Assembly (NCBI GenBank): GCA_040954595.2
Contig: CM082577.2
Span: 7,899,846-7,963,845, forward strand
DNA length: 64,000 nucleotides
Reading direction: 5' to 3'
From: Balanoglossus misakiensis
Taxonomy: Eukaryota > Animalia > Hemichordata
Both the position numbers and the translations under genes were made by a program. The notes under the pieces were generated by a model, which saw only the letters and a program-made list of their open reading frames with translations, was not told the origin of the DNA and did not search any database. This document shows positions 13,155 through 26,400 of the stretch, piece by piece. How positions within the stretch are numbered: the stretch's first letter is position 1; the number at the start of each line of letters is the position of its first letter.

Positions 13155-15530
13155 TCACGTGGATATGTTCACCTTTGATGGGTCGAATGGTGTTCCTTTG
13201 AAAGGAGAGCCTTCTGCATCCCAGGCTTTCTCAAGTATCTGATGAGTTTCCTGAAAGAGGAATATAATCAAAGTTTTAATGGCCACCTATTTCATGATTA
13301 TACATAAAATCATAACATATGCACATACACAAGTTTGCACTCAACAATCGACCTTTATTAAGTGGATATTCAACAACACATCAATTTATGGAACTGCCCC
13401 ATCCACATGAAATGCACAGTTACACGAGTCAGTATACAAAGTCAGTGTTACATATGATATGATGTCATGAGCAGATCAGAGTGATACCAATTTTACTTAC
13501 AAGTTCTTTGCTAGTCGGTTTGCCCGCCTGCTTCTGTTGGAAGTCGAACATGGCTTGCCTCCACCCAGCTTGGGACTCGTCGTCCATTTCGTGCAGATGT
13601 CTGGTGGGGTCGATGCCGTCCTGTTTGATTTCCCGCTCGCCCTCCAACACGGCCAACCACATCTTTTCCAGTTGTTTTTCCAGGGTGATCTGGTGCGGGG
13701 AAAAGAGACTGAGTGAAACTAATTTGCAACAAGACGCCATGAGACTGACAATACATGAAGGATGATTTTCAACCTCCACTGTACAGTTTCTTGTAAAGTC
13801 AACAAATTCTGACTTGTCCTCAATTTCCACCTGTGCACCAGCAAACATTCAGTCAAAGCAACTCTGACAAAACTCTGGCCAGACATTACAAATGCTCACC
13901 TGAACACAGACCCCAGGTTCCAGACTCCACATGGACTCCTCTCTGCGTATTCCTTGCGTCAGCTTCCCTTCCACGAGCGTCTCGCCCTCTTCCCGAATCA
14001 CTCCGGGTTTGATGGCCACTTTGACGTTTTCCTTCCCGATCTCCACAGTCACGTCCTTCGCGCGCTTGACTTCCTTCGGCACTGGAACTCTCACGTCGAC
14101 ATCGCTGAACGTCTGCGACCACGAGTACTTGTCCGTGACGGCGCCGTTGTAACAGTCAGGCTTTTGGGATGTTATTTTTGGCAGGCCACTGAAATTGATC
14201 AATGGAGGATGATGTTGTGATTGACAATTGTGTGATTTAAAGTACAGTTCTCACAGCCACACACAGAGAATATACACTGGTATTTTTGAACCCCTGATTT
14301 TCTGGATTGTACTAAATTACCTTTCGTATGGCTGAGATGTTGTCTTCTTTTCTGTTCTTGTGCCTTCCCCACTGCTCTCACTCGCATCTTGATTTGCTTG
14401 TTGACTTTCCTGGGTCACTTCTTCATTACTGACTTCCACCGTTTCAACAGCTCTGGGAGCAACTGCCAGATGAAAAACCATGCGTACATCTTTTTGAAGA
14501 ACTCAAACAATAAAGGTTTTGGGTAGTTCTGTCTTATAATCATGAATGTTTCTTTATCACTATGGCAACACAATACAGTATTCAACTGCAGACATTTACA
14601 TCAGTCAATGAATCCCAACTCAAACTGTGTTTGCAGAAAATGAATGATGTCATATAATTGTCTAACCAAAACTCACTTTGTCCACTCCTTATCTTCTCTT
14701 CCTGTTGTCTCTCAATCATTTTCGTGGCTATTTGTTCGTATTTTGTAAAAGTCTAGATAGAAAACAATGCACACAAAAAACCCTATTAATTGGATCACAG
14801 ATGCAAAAACAATCTGCACTCTGCAAACCTTTTGATGAATCACACAAATGGTAATTACTTGCGCAGCAAACAGAAACTGTGTACACATTTCCTCATCACT
14901 GTGATAACAGAAATGAGATCACAGCAGATAGTCATATTGGTGCAACACCACCAATGTAGGCAACACAATGTGAACTTGGATGTACCAGCAGTAGGAAGGA
15001 ATGTACCCACCTGCATCACTAGTTGTTTTGACACACCTGGTGGAAATCCCATCCTGTCTTCTTTACTATGCATTATTCGGTAGAAATCAGTTCTGAGAAT
15101 ACGACAGGAAAGTGGAGCAAAAGTGTGAAAATTATGAAGGGACAAAATTACTGATGTGCATTCCCTTTGTTTGTATAACAAAACATTCTTATAAACAGAT
15201 CACAGCAAATATAGTCAACTCGTCAAGGAAACAATACACTGAGCAGACGAGAACAGAAATTTATGCATGTGTTTAGCTTGTTGCAATGATTGTAGCGGGT
15301 GCTGCTAGGTTGACGATGTTGTTTGCCAACCTGGCACCGGCTACAATCACTGCGAGTAGTGTACAGTCAGCCTACTAGACGGTACGTGTGTCACTGATTA
15401 TTTCTCAATATTTATGGATTCACCTTCTCATCAAAAAGCTGAAAACGATTTCTAGAAACGGCTTGATATCCCCAACATGCTGGAGAATTCCAAGGAGAGT
15501 GGAATCGTACATTTCACTGGAGGCGGCCAT
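13155..15530 (-). CDS. NUDCD3: NudC domain-containing protein 3
   Basis: Exons encode MAASSEMYDSTLLGILQHVGDIKPFLEIVFSFLMR, TDFYRIMHSKEDRMGFPPG, the CS/p23 domain DCYNGAVTDKYSWSQTFSDVDVRVPV...EESMWSLEPG, MFDFQQKQAGKPTS and a terminal ILEKAWDAEGSPFKGTPFDPSKVNIST*. Confidence 0.92.
15281..15356. mobile_element. Palindromic hairpin element in NUDCD3 intron 1
   Basis: ttgcaatgattgtagcgggtgc..aggttg is an imperfect inverted repeat of caacctggcaccggctacaatcactgcga. Confidence 0.5.
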
Positions 15531-16080
15531 TTTCAAACCTAACTTTGAGGTCACGAACCAGGAAGTGGACATAGAGGCCCCTTATGTCTGGAAAAAATAA
15601 ATCCTTTACCCGTCGATCGCGATAAATACTAGTGCTGTACGATATTTTCGTCGGTTCTAAAGACATTTTTCAGACGGATATAAGAATATACACATCCATA
15701 TCATTTGTGATCGCGTTATCTTCTTCTTTTGCTGTTTTCAAGTGCAGTTCTGATTCTACCAATTTTAATAGAGTTAGGGGTGTCATACAGTGACAGACGG
15801 TGTAATTACTAAAGAGATACGCCGCCGTCTGACTTTCGGGTGATCACGGTCCCTTCGCACGCATCGGCGGACTGTTGTTTGGAGAAATAAGCAATTTTAT
15901 AATAACCATATCAGCTGCAACCGTAAACCATGCTCATTTAGACAAAGATACTCATGAAACGGAACTTCGAAAGCCGGAAATGTAGGAGCCAATAACGTAA
16001 CGTTCACTACAACAGTCAGAATCACAAGGCCTGAACGACATTGTCAAGCAGGGAGAGGCCCAGTACACTATTTCAGGGTG
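15531..16080. promoter_or_regulatory. Probable bidirectional promoter between NUDCD3 (-) and the non-coding first exon of the MICAL-like gene (+)
   Basis: Head-to-head geometry and local CpG enrichment. A YY1-like AAAATGGCCGCC covers the NUDCD3 ATG, and ETS-like GGAAGT/CCGGAAAT motifs are present. A candidate donor lies at ~16078. Confidence 0.45.
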
Positions 16081-17413
16081 AGTTATGGTTTTTCTAGCGT
16101 CTGCGTGAAACCTCGATCATAAAGTTCTGTAATTATATGATCATGCCAAGCATTAGTGAAGTATTGAGTTTTAACTGAGAGAATTGGCTTGATAAATCTG
16201 TGTATTATGAGTGAGTCCCACGGGTCAATGACTCAGTCATCATTGCCTTCGGCATCGATCACGACAAGGTACAACACGGAAGGTAAACGAACGCTACCAT
16301 ACTGTCAAATAACATGCATAATGTCTTCCTACCTTCCACTGGCTGTGGCCTAACTTAATAGTAATCGCATGCTGTTGCAGGAAGCAATGTAGATGCCAGG
16401 ACAGATAAACTTGAAAATTACAAGTAACCACTACTGTAGCAAAATTACTCAAAATATATTTAGTATAAATGTATTGAGTTGTGAAACTGTTTTAAAAACA
16501 GTTTCTCACCTAAATATATTTGGAGTAATGCTTTATTGTAATTTTCACGTTATCTGTCCTGCAATAATACTATAAACTAAGTAGTGGAGTCAGAATGTCA
16601 CTTACTGACTACTCAAATTAAATGTCATAATTTGCATGATTTTGGAACATTGACTCACTGTATTTTCAGTTGTTTTTTGTAAAAGAGACATTTACATATC
16701 TGTTGTTCCATATGTCTTATATTAGTGGGTTTCAAAACCCTAGCAACCACTGAACCTTACAATTTAAATAATTAGGCTTGGCTGGTGGACACCTGGTACT
16801 TGTCTTGTCTTGTTTACAAAAGTTACCATTGTATGTCAAGACCTATATGTGCAGCTCTGTGGTGTTGTTGGGCTGCTCTTATGGTGTGGTCTTGTCCAAT
16901 ATGTGTGTGATCTGTCATGATAAAGCTTCCACAGCCAATTATAATAAAGACTGTATGTTTCATATATCCTGTGAATGGTTGCTTTGTTTCTAACCTTCAG
17001 AGGATTATCATCTTGTTTGTTTCAGTGTTGATCATTTTGTACTACATGAGATCTGTCAAACACTTACGTTGACTTGTACAGCTGCATTCTAAATCAAATT
17101 TAATGATCTTCACAACTTAAAGTAAGACAATAAATCCAAAAACAAAAATTAATAATAAATAATAAATATGGCCCAGTCTTGTGTTTACTGAAAATCCCAA
17201 AGTTTGAAACTGAGATTGTGAAACATGACATACTTTCAGTTCTTTGAAAGGGTTAGTAAGAGGGTTATTTTAATACTACGGAAAATTTATAATCAGTATG
17301 ATTTCCATCATTGATATCTATAGAATATTTCACACAAACACCTTTATTATCTTGAATCTACAGATTATACCACAAAATACTACTAAAACTGTGGCAACAC
17401 AAATCCATTAACC

Positions 17414-20400
17414 ATGGCATTGTCTGGAATGAAAGCATTACAAGTCTGGTGTCAACGGGTCACGGAAGGTTATCGGGATGTCAAAGTTGTAAATATGTCT
17501 TCCTCTTGGAAAGATGGGCTGGCCTTCTGTGCTATTTTGCATCATTTCAGACCAGATATTATGTAAGTGTATTGGCATATGTTTGCCACTCCCTGTACTG
17601 TACTCTGTATTCTATTATTTGTTTGAGTTGGGAAGGTTACACATTTGACAGGAAGTCGCGTTTGGGTCAAAGCTGCGTATCAAAATATGGAAGTTGTAAA
17701 TGACATCAGATGTTGAAATTATTAACTTGCAAGTACAAAATGTATAGACATAAAATTGAAACAAAATTCCAACTGAGCATACAATATTTTTTTCTATTAG
17801 ATGCATTATAATTTTTTCCCTGTTAAATGGGAAATTTTGCCTGATGTTTTCTGAATATAAGATACATTGTATCTCAAGAATATATGATAATAATTGGTCA
17901 AGTTTAAAGTTTGGGAAATTGATATATTGATTATACATTATATTCTTTTTTTTTCAGTGATTTTGATTCGCTTAAGAAAGGAGATGTCTATGTGAATAAT
18001 AAATTGGTAAGTACACTGGCTGTTGTTATGTTTGATTAGATTAGTTGTCTAGAGTCAGATGTGTTCTGTCATTGACGAGTCTACAGCGCTGTTTTATTAG
18101 ACAGGCACAAGTGACCCTAACTTTGTGTACTGTGGTATTCTTATTAACATTTTTTCACACACATGAACTAAATATCCCTTTGTGCAGTAACTTACTAAAT
18201 ATGTAATTCAAGAAGCTATTTAAAAATTCAGGTTAATCTCTGGTACTTTGTAAAATGAAATTTGCCAAATTTACTTAATGCTTTGTTTGCTGAAGACCAG
18301 GAGTCATGGTAGAATTTTTGGAATGTGACCCAGTGATAGGTGGGTCGTATCATGTTTACAATGGTATTTGGGCAGCAAAGGGAATGCTTGGCTGTGTTTT
18401 CAGTGGCAGTTCCTTTTTCTAACCCTTTCACCACCATGGTTCAGTCCAAACCAACTGTTTTCTATGGTAAGGTTGGACCTCTAAAGAGGGAACTGGGGGT
18501 GACAGGGTTAAATTTCATTCTGCGTTTTAATTAAATTCATTTTGTTGTCAAACAAAATGGGATTAAGTTTTGGTTAGCTGTATTTTTTAATACAATGAGT
18601 GCACATAATATGGTATTTTCAACGAGGGCCTAAAATATCAATAGACACTAGTCATTTCATGAGAAATGTCATTAGTTACTTGTCAATGGACAGTTGTGAT
18701 TATGGAGTGACTTTTCTCTGACTTTTATAGTGTGTGGGTGTGTACGTATACAGTGATAAATAACTTGTAACGTGCAATACTACCTGTGCTTGTCTATTTC
18801 AGTGACTCATGTATGTAAACAAAACTGATGCAAGTAGTTGTGTATTGTTGGATGTTGTTGGCTCAGTAAAAGCAGCCACTCATGGAATTTCTACCCACTC
18901 TTACTTTAACAACATGATATACACCCACACATAGCAATCTTAGAACTGTTTTGGGTCTATTTATGTCATAGACATTGTTTCCCTCTGTTCATTGAGTCAC
19001 AATGAAGTCATGAGTAATAAAGTCTCTTTTCTAAAGTTATAAGTGCATTTGGGACCTGTCATATAGTGGGAACTTTTGTGTTATTGGCTTTGTCTTGATT
19101 GTGGGCACACCATGGATTTTGGTTGATCTTTTGTTCACATATTGTTACATCATTTATTCCCTAGGCCTTCCTTACAGCACCTGAAATTCTCACAGTGACA
19201 TTAACAATTACGGTTATCTATTTTCACCAAGCACATTGTACTAGCTACACTTAAAATTCCCTTAACATTCCAAAACTCACTTGAACTCATCTCTCGCTGG
19301 ATCTGCAATTTTTTACTGTTTTGGTATATGTATCAGCTGAATACAGTGAGTGTCAGTCTGCAATTAAAATTTTTCAGTCTGATCTGTTTGTGTACAAAAG
19401 ATTTGTCTTTATCTTCTCTGTAATTCGACTGTATACATGTACCATATGTGATTTCATTGACCTCCATGTATATTTAACAATGACCCTTGAAAACTGATAA
19501 CCGTGGCCTCTACTACTGTGTGGAATCTGTGTGCGTTCATTGCGGTCACAGGGAGTAATCTGTCCTGAATTAGAACCAAGGGCACTGGCTTTATTTTTAC
19601 ATACGAGGATTTGCCAAGGCCCATGAGTATTTTGCCAACTCCATAAAATTTATGAACTAAATGTTATTTATTATATTTGCAGTAGGTATGTTAATGCAGG
19701 GTTTTATTTTTATTTCCGTAATTTCCAATGATAGTGTGATCATAGGAAGGCATGGACACAAGCACTTTAGACAGTGACAATATGCTGCAATCCCAAACAA
19801 CAAAACAGCAAATTCTGTTGAATATGGTCTTTGTTGGTTTCTAAACATTTGCATACACATGTATATTGTAGGGAATTTCTCTTTTGATCATTACATATGT
19901 GTCAGCTGAGATTTCTCAAGCCTACAATTATTTATTGATGAAAGGTAGATATATTAATTCACCATAGAATTGTAGGATGTTTGTGTACTTTCATTATTCC
20001 TTTGTGAAAATAAATTTGCATAAACTGCACCAAACACCTACCATACATCATAACTGTAATTGCATATAATGATACTTTCTTATCAAATTGAAAGATTGAT
20101 TAAATAACTGATTATTTACCTGTTTGATGACAAAGCAACGACATTCATTTTCTCCAGGCGTTTGAAACGGCAGAAAGAGAGCTAGGTATAACCGCATTAC
20201 TCGACCCAGAAGATATGGTTGCCATGGATGTGCCGGACAAACTTTGCATCATGACCTACGTGTCGCAATACTACAATTATTTCAAACGCAAGACGGCAGG
20301 TGAGTCAGAGTGGGTTGGTGGTGGGTCACTCGGGGATTTAGGACGAGTGTCTGTATGATCAACCGTTCGTTAGTTGTTTGGGTCTGTCTCTGTGTTAACA

Positions 20401-23400
20401 GTGTGGACTGACCAGTCGTTCGAAGATGATGTACTGTTCATCAGTCGAACAGGCAGAGACATATGCAGTGTACATGTAGGTTGTTATACACAAAAGTAAA
20501 TGCTGAAATGTCACTGCTGTTCTGTCTGGATTGCTTCTCTCTGGAATTACACGCTGCGATTATTACAGGGTGTTGAACAGTGCACGTTATCAATACTGTA
20601 TTATCAGTAGCTTTGGAACATTTATAGGAGGTTTTCATTCATACATAACAATGGGATGCCATATTCCAAAGTTTGAATATGGTTACCATTTACATGCATA
20701 CACGGTAATAGTCAAATTTCACTGTCATGTAAGCTGTATCTTTGATGTTGATAAAAATAGGTGATCCCAGAATTGGGTAAAAATTGAAATGGCTAAACTA
20801 GAACTGTAAATCACAGCAAGTATGCATGTCTAATATGTAGGTCAAATTCCGTGCTTCAAGGCAATGGTCAGCTTGTCGTAGATTATGCCAATGATACCAT
20901 ACTGACAATTTACATGCTGTTTGCATCATTTCAACTCGATGGTGGAAGTTTATTGGCCTTAAGTTGTTGTTTTTTATGACTTGGTTTGTCCCTAGTTCAT
21001 TTCATTTAATACTTAAATTATTCATTTCACTTGAGCAATGAATTTTTAAATTTCACAAGCTGCTGATAGGACTTGATCAAAGAAGGACTACTCTATGTCA
21101 GGTATTTTGTCAAATGTCAGATTGTTTGCATCGGTGAAGGGTCAAAGGTCAGAAATGGAACTGCTAGGTTTCTTTCTGTGAGTGATATTTTTAAACGGAA
21201 TACACGTATACCATATATCGGTATAGATACAAAATATCAACATTTAGAGTCTATCTCTCCTTGTGGCAATCAAATACTGCATGTATACTACTTATCTTTC
21301 TCTCTTGATCCATTGCATCGCAGCGTCAGATGCTAACTATTCCACCCACTGTTAAACCACAATAAAAATGCACTTCGCACAGTCATTGAGTGTAGCAACA
21401 ACTAAACACAGTGCAATTTTTCTTGCGCTGGTAGGTGGGATAAAAGTTCCCAAAGGTATGGAAGAACACCCACCTCCTGGAATTAAAACAAAGAAGGCCG
21501 TCCACCAAGAAAAACCCAAGGAAAAAGTACAGGAAAAACCGCGGGCAAATGTACCTGAAAAGCACACAGAAGTTGCCCATGACAAACCAAAAGAAAAAGT
21601 CAAGGTAAGTTTTAAATGTCTTACGCATTCTTGGAATGGACTGCTACTGACTCTACCACGTCGCGTGGGCTTTGTCTATTAATTTGTGTAACTGGTACTT
21701 TTATATTGTCATTCTTCTCAACAACTGGTCTTCCTTATGTGCAGAGAAATGGGTCATGGGGTAGTTAATATATCCTTCTTGTGACACCATAAACTTGCAT
21801 TTGCATTTCATATTTACCTCAACACAGGCACTGCACACATACACGTACACATACACACAACACGTGGTGTGAAAACATCTGGTTATGGATGTCATCTCTT
21901 CTGACTAATTTGTATGTACATGTACATGTATTACTAACTGACATGCCAACACTCAAGACTTGATCACAAAATGTATCAATCAAATTTGGGTTGGGTTGGG
22001 TTTCTTACGAGCAGCATTGAAAAACTAAGATATACAAGTATCAGTATAGAATTTTCTGTCATAGGTATAAGCCTGTGATGATGATTTCCTATTTTAGGTT
22101 GAAATCAAACCCCAGACAGGCGCTCCACTGGAGGCTCTCAAAGTTCATCCGAAGAGAAGCACATTCGGTGATAAATGTACTGCGTGTGGAAAGAAAGTGT
22201 ACTTGCTTGAGAGACATGTTGCAGATGGCAAGCTCTACCACAGAGCTTGTTTCCGCTGCAAGGAATGCAAGTCCACGCTCAGACCCGGAAGCTACAACAT
22301 CCTGGAAGGGAACGCGTTCGAATGTAAGTTGCACAAGAAAGACCACAGAAGGCACGGCGGATTTCAACGGATGCACGGCAGGGACAAGAGATCGTCGCTC
22401 GAACGAGAGGACAAGAGCAAAGACGTCAAGGAAACCAGAATATTGAACAGTCCCAAGCACACGTCCAATGTGGCTGCCAAGATGCAAATGTACGAGACCG
22501 GAAATGCGACGAAATCGAATCAGACTGCAGGTGCCAATGCACCGGCAAAGCTGTATGAAGCTTCAGCAGTGAAAGTCCATCCACCGAAAGATGTTTCCAA
22601 ATCGGGAAAAGTCAGCGTCAGTGCCGTGACGACAAGCCAGGTGAAAGAGAAGGAGCCATCCAAATCGGGAAAAGTCGGCATCAGTGTCGTGACGACAAGC
22701 CAGGTGAAAGAGAAGGAGCCATCCAAATCGGGAAAAGTCGGCATCAGTGCCGTGACGACGACTACGGTGAAAGAGAAGGAGCCGTCTGCAGTGAAGGTGC
22801 CTCCGAAGGACGACACGGCTATGAGGAAGGGCCTTCTTCAATCGTTGGCGGTGATCAAGAAAAGGGAGCTTCAGAAATTCGACAATGTGCCGTCGAGTAC
22901 TTCTCCTGAGCATAAGCCAAAGGAGGTCAAGAAAGTGATCGGGACGGAGGCTGAGAAGATGGACGCCAAGGTGTCAACAGCAGGGAGTGTTGAAAGTGGG
23001 GCCTTGAAAAAACAAGAGAATTTGAAAAGTGGGGGTGGTGGTGATCAGACAAAGCAGAAGAAGCCAGAAAAGGCGGGCGGTGCCCCTTGGATGAAAGAGG
23101 TTCAACTGAAGCGTGTCGACGAGGCAGCAAAGACAGAACCCGCAAAAGTGGCTGGAAGCAAAGCGAAAACGACCACAGAGCAAGTGACTGCGTCTGATAA
23201 AAAAAAAGTTGAACCGTCTGATAAAAAAAAAGTTGAACCGTCTGATAAAAAAAAAGTTGAAATGACTGTGAATTTGAAGAAGGAGACACCGAAGGTGGAT
23301 GATAAGAAAGTAGAAAGTGTTGGTGTGGCAGGGGATGCGGATAAAATCTCCAAAGATAAAGATGAAGGAGCTAAAAGAGCTACTAAGAGTCTAGTTGGAG

Positions 23401-26400
23401 AGAACACTAAGCTACAGCCTACAACTGGCATGAAAGATGCTAAACTGGGTGAAAAAGAAAGCGATGTCTCAGAATCAGGAGAAAGGAAACCAAAAAATGA
23501 CATAAAGACAGTTGGAGAGACGTCTTCCATCGGCACGGATGAAAAACAGACGGAGAAGGAACTGAACCCATTCCTGGAAGAAGAAGGCGAAGAGGAAGAG
23601 ATGGAGCCGGAAAAAGTGACCAAGGAAGACGTTATTGCCAGGGAGATGGTTGTTATGAAAATTGAAACGTCAAGAGTGGATCCCGCTCACGCAGACGTGA
23701 AAGAGGCGCCAGACGGCACTGTGCAGGAAATGAAGAGTGGGACAGTTACAGTGGAAACTGAGAAAGGAGAGCAAGATAAGGAGAAAGATGGCGATCATGA
23801 AGGCAAGGGTGTTGACGCCCCAGCAGTAGTTGTGGATGTAAAACCAGAAGAAATAAAAGGGAAGGAGGCTGTGGTTGCAGAACGCGAAGATGTGAGTGCG
23901 CAGGAGGATCGGGCAAAAGAAGGTGAAAAAGTGGATGTCAAAATTGAAGGGGAGAAGGAAATCGGCAAAGAGGCAAAGCTTCCCGCGGAAGATGGAGAAA
24001 GCGGTGAAACTAAGAAAGATGAAGAAGTAGAAGACAAGGCTGATGAACATCTAGAGGAAGAGAAAAAGGAACCGGATGATAAGAAAGAGAAGTCGGATGA
24101 GAGTTACAATCCTTTCTTTGATGATGATGAGGAGGAGCAGGAGGAGGAGGAAAAAGAAGAGGGGGAAGGCAAGCAGGGGAAAGAGGCTGAAAGTGAGGAG
24201 TTTGAAGATTACAATCCATTCTCCACAGATTTCCAGCAGGATGATGACGCCGACGAAACAGAGGAGCCCCCGGTGAATCCGTTCACAGGGTCTCCGATCC
24301 TGCAGAAGAAGTTTGCGTACCCGGCAGATACGGGCGGTTCAAAGTACGGTGCCTCCAACGCGCCATTGAGATCCTCCTCTGGGGTGAAGAGCAGGGCGGA
24401 CGTCTTGAGGGAACTGCAGGGTTCGTTGGGCAGACAAGAGAAGAAAACGCCGCCACCAAGACCACCGCCACCAAAGGTCAAATCGCAAACCGGTGACGCG
24501 GTCGAGAAGAAAGGCGCAGCGCCCTCTCCAGGAACGCCGAAGAAATTAGCACCGTCACCTGCCATGGAGAGAGGGGTCAGTCCCACCCGGCCCGAGAGGA
24601 GGTCGAAGAGAGCCGCTCCCCCTCCCCCTCCTCCCGCAGCAGCTGCGAGCGGTCAAACCACACCCCCCAAAGGTAGACCCAAAGCCCCTCCACCACCACC
24701 ACCACCGCCACCAGTTGCTGTAGTCGAGCCGGCAGAGGAAGCACCTGCAGCGCCCCCGTCTGCTTCAGCGGGTAAGCCCGCAGAGTCACCGCCCCCTCCC
24801 CCTCCGTCTCCCTCTCCTGACACTCGTGCACAGCCAGCAGAGGCAGCAGAAGTTTCGGAGTCCCCCACACCCCCTCGCAGGTCCCCTAAACCAAAGCGAG
24901 AAGAGAAACCTGCCGAGCCAGCGGAGACTCAAGAGGAAATCCCAAGCACCCTGCCGGCATCTCCGGGAGCACCTCCAAAAAAGCCACCGAGGCAAACTCC
25001 CACTCCGGAGAGGAAAGCAAGGAATTTATCCCACGAGAGTTCCGGAGACAGAGCCAGGTCAGCAAGCCCGACGGTCACGAGAACCATCAAGCGAAGAGCG
25101 CCACCACCTCCACCACAAAAAAGAAAGGTGAGTATACAGTATATCCATTGTTTGCTGCTACTGCCACATCTACTGGTACATTCCAAAAAAGTAGCTTGCA
25201 TAAATATAACTACCATGACAAGAAACATGCGTATATTGATTGTGACAGTCTTGTATGTGACATGTGTTGCCATTGTGTGTGGTTGATCATTCAGGCTTTA
25301 TTTCTGTTTTCTGTTGAAGATTATGGGTTGCATTTAGTCCTTCTCAACCATTTTCATAATTACCTTATGTATTTTCTTTCTTTCTTTTCTGTTTTAATGT
25401 TGGTGTTGGCCAGACATCCACAAATGCACATTTTTTGCACAAACACACCCACTGTCATTTTCCTTCCGTGTTCCAGGCAAACTTGTGATTTTTTTATTTT
25501 ATTCAAATTTAGAATTCATTGTGTGACATACCGGTACATGTATATGACTGACATGACAAATTTATGAAAGCCCAATGCAATATTCCTTTGTGTTATGAAT
25601 ATTCGTAGAACAATCTGTGTTTGAAGAATTTGTTTGTATCTTGCCCTTGTTGCCAAGTCTGTCAACTGATTGAGTGTTGAAATTTCTGTGCAGTTATACA
25701 AGAGTATGAAACCTGAAGAAATCAAAGCAGAATTGGAAGAACTTGACCAAAAACAAACTGTTCTGGAGGAAAAGGGTGTTGAACTGGAAAAAAGTCTCAG
25801 AGAAAGTGAAGAAATGGAAGGTTAGTGTAATAACCTGCTGATCAAATAATACAATCCAATTTTGGGTCAAAGTTCATGTCTTGCTGCTAGTTCAAGTAGA
25901 TCAAGAATGCAGGTTTCATGTATTATGAAGACTAGCTCTACATGTCAGATTTTAACAGTCATCTCAAAGAAAAAAATGTAAGTGTTTTTGAAATCCCTTG
26001 TACTCAAGTGAAAATTAAAGTTAGCCGTATCCTTTTCCTCCCTTTAGGTGATGACTCGCAGGACGAGGAATTGTTGAAAGAATGGTTTGCACTCATCAAT
26101 GAAAAGAATGGTCTGGTCCGGCGAGAAAATGAGCTTCATTATCTGTAAATATCATTACTTACAGTGTGATTTCCCCCTTTTATCAGAGAAAGAAGGAAAG
26201 GAAAGCGAGAAGTGAAAGTCGTTTTGGATCTTTGTTTTGCAATATATGTTACGAAACTTCCCAAAAATCTTGTATGAGCAGTTTAGTACTTTTTCATAAG
26301 GTTACTCTGTAGCTTTGTCAATGGCTGTGGTTTATCGTGAAACAGTCTGATTAAAATCAGATCTAGGGTACCGCGACGTCTTTTACTTACAACGCCTCAC

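Noticed and set aside
22520-25273. Many minus-strand ORFs
   Set aside because: Shadows of the low-complexity MICAL-L exon.
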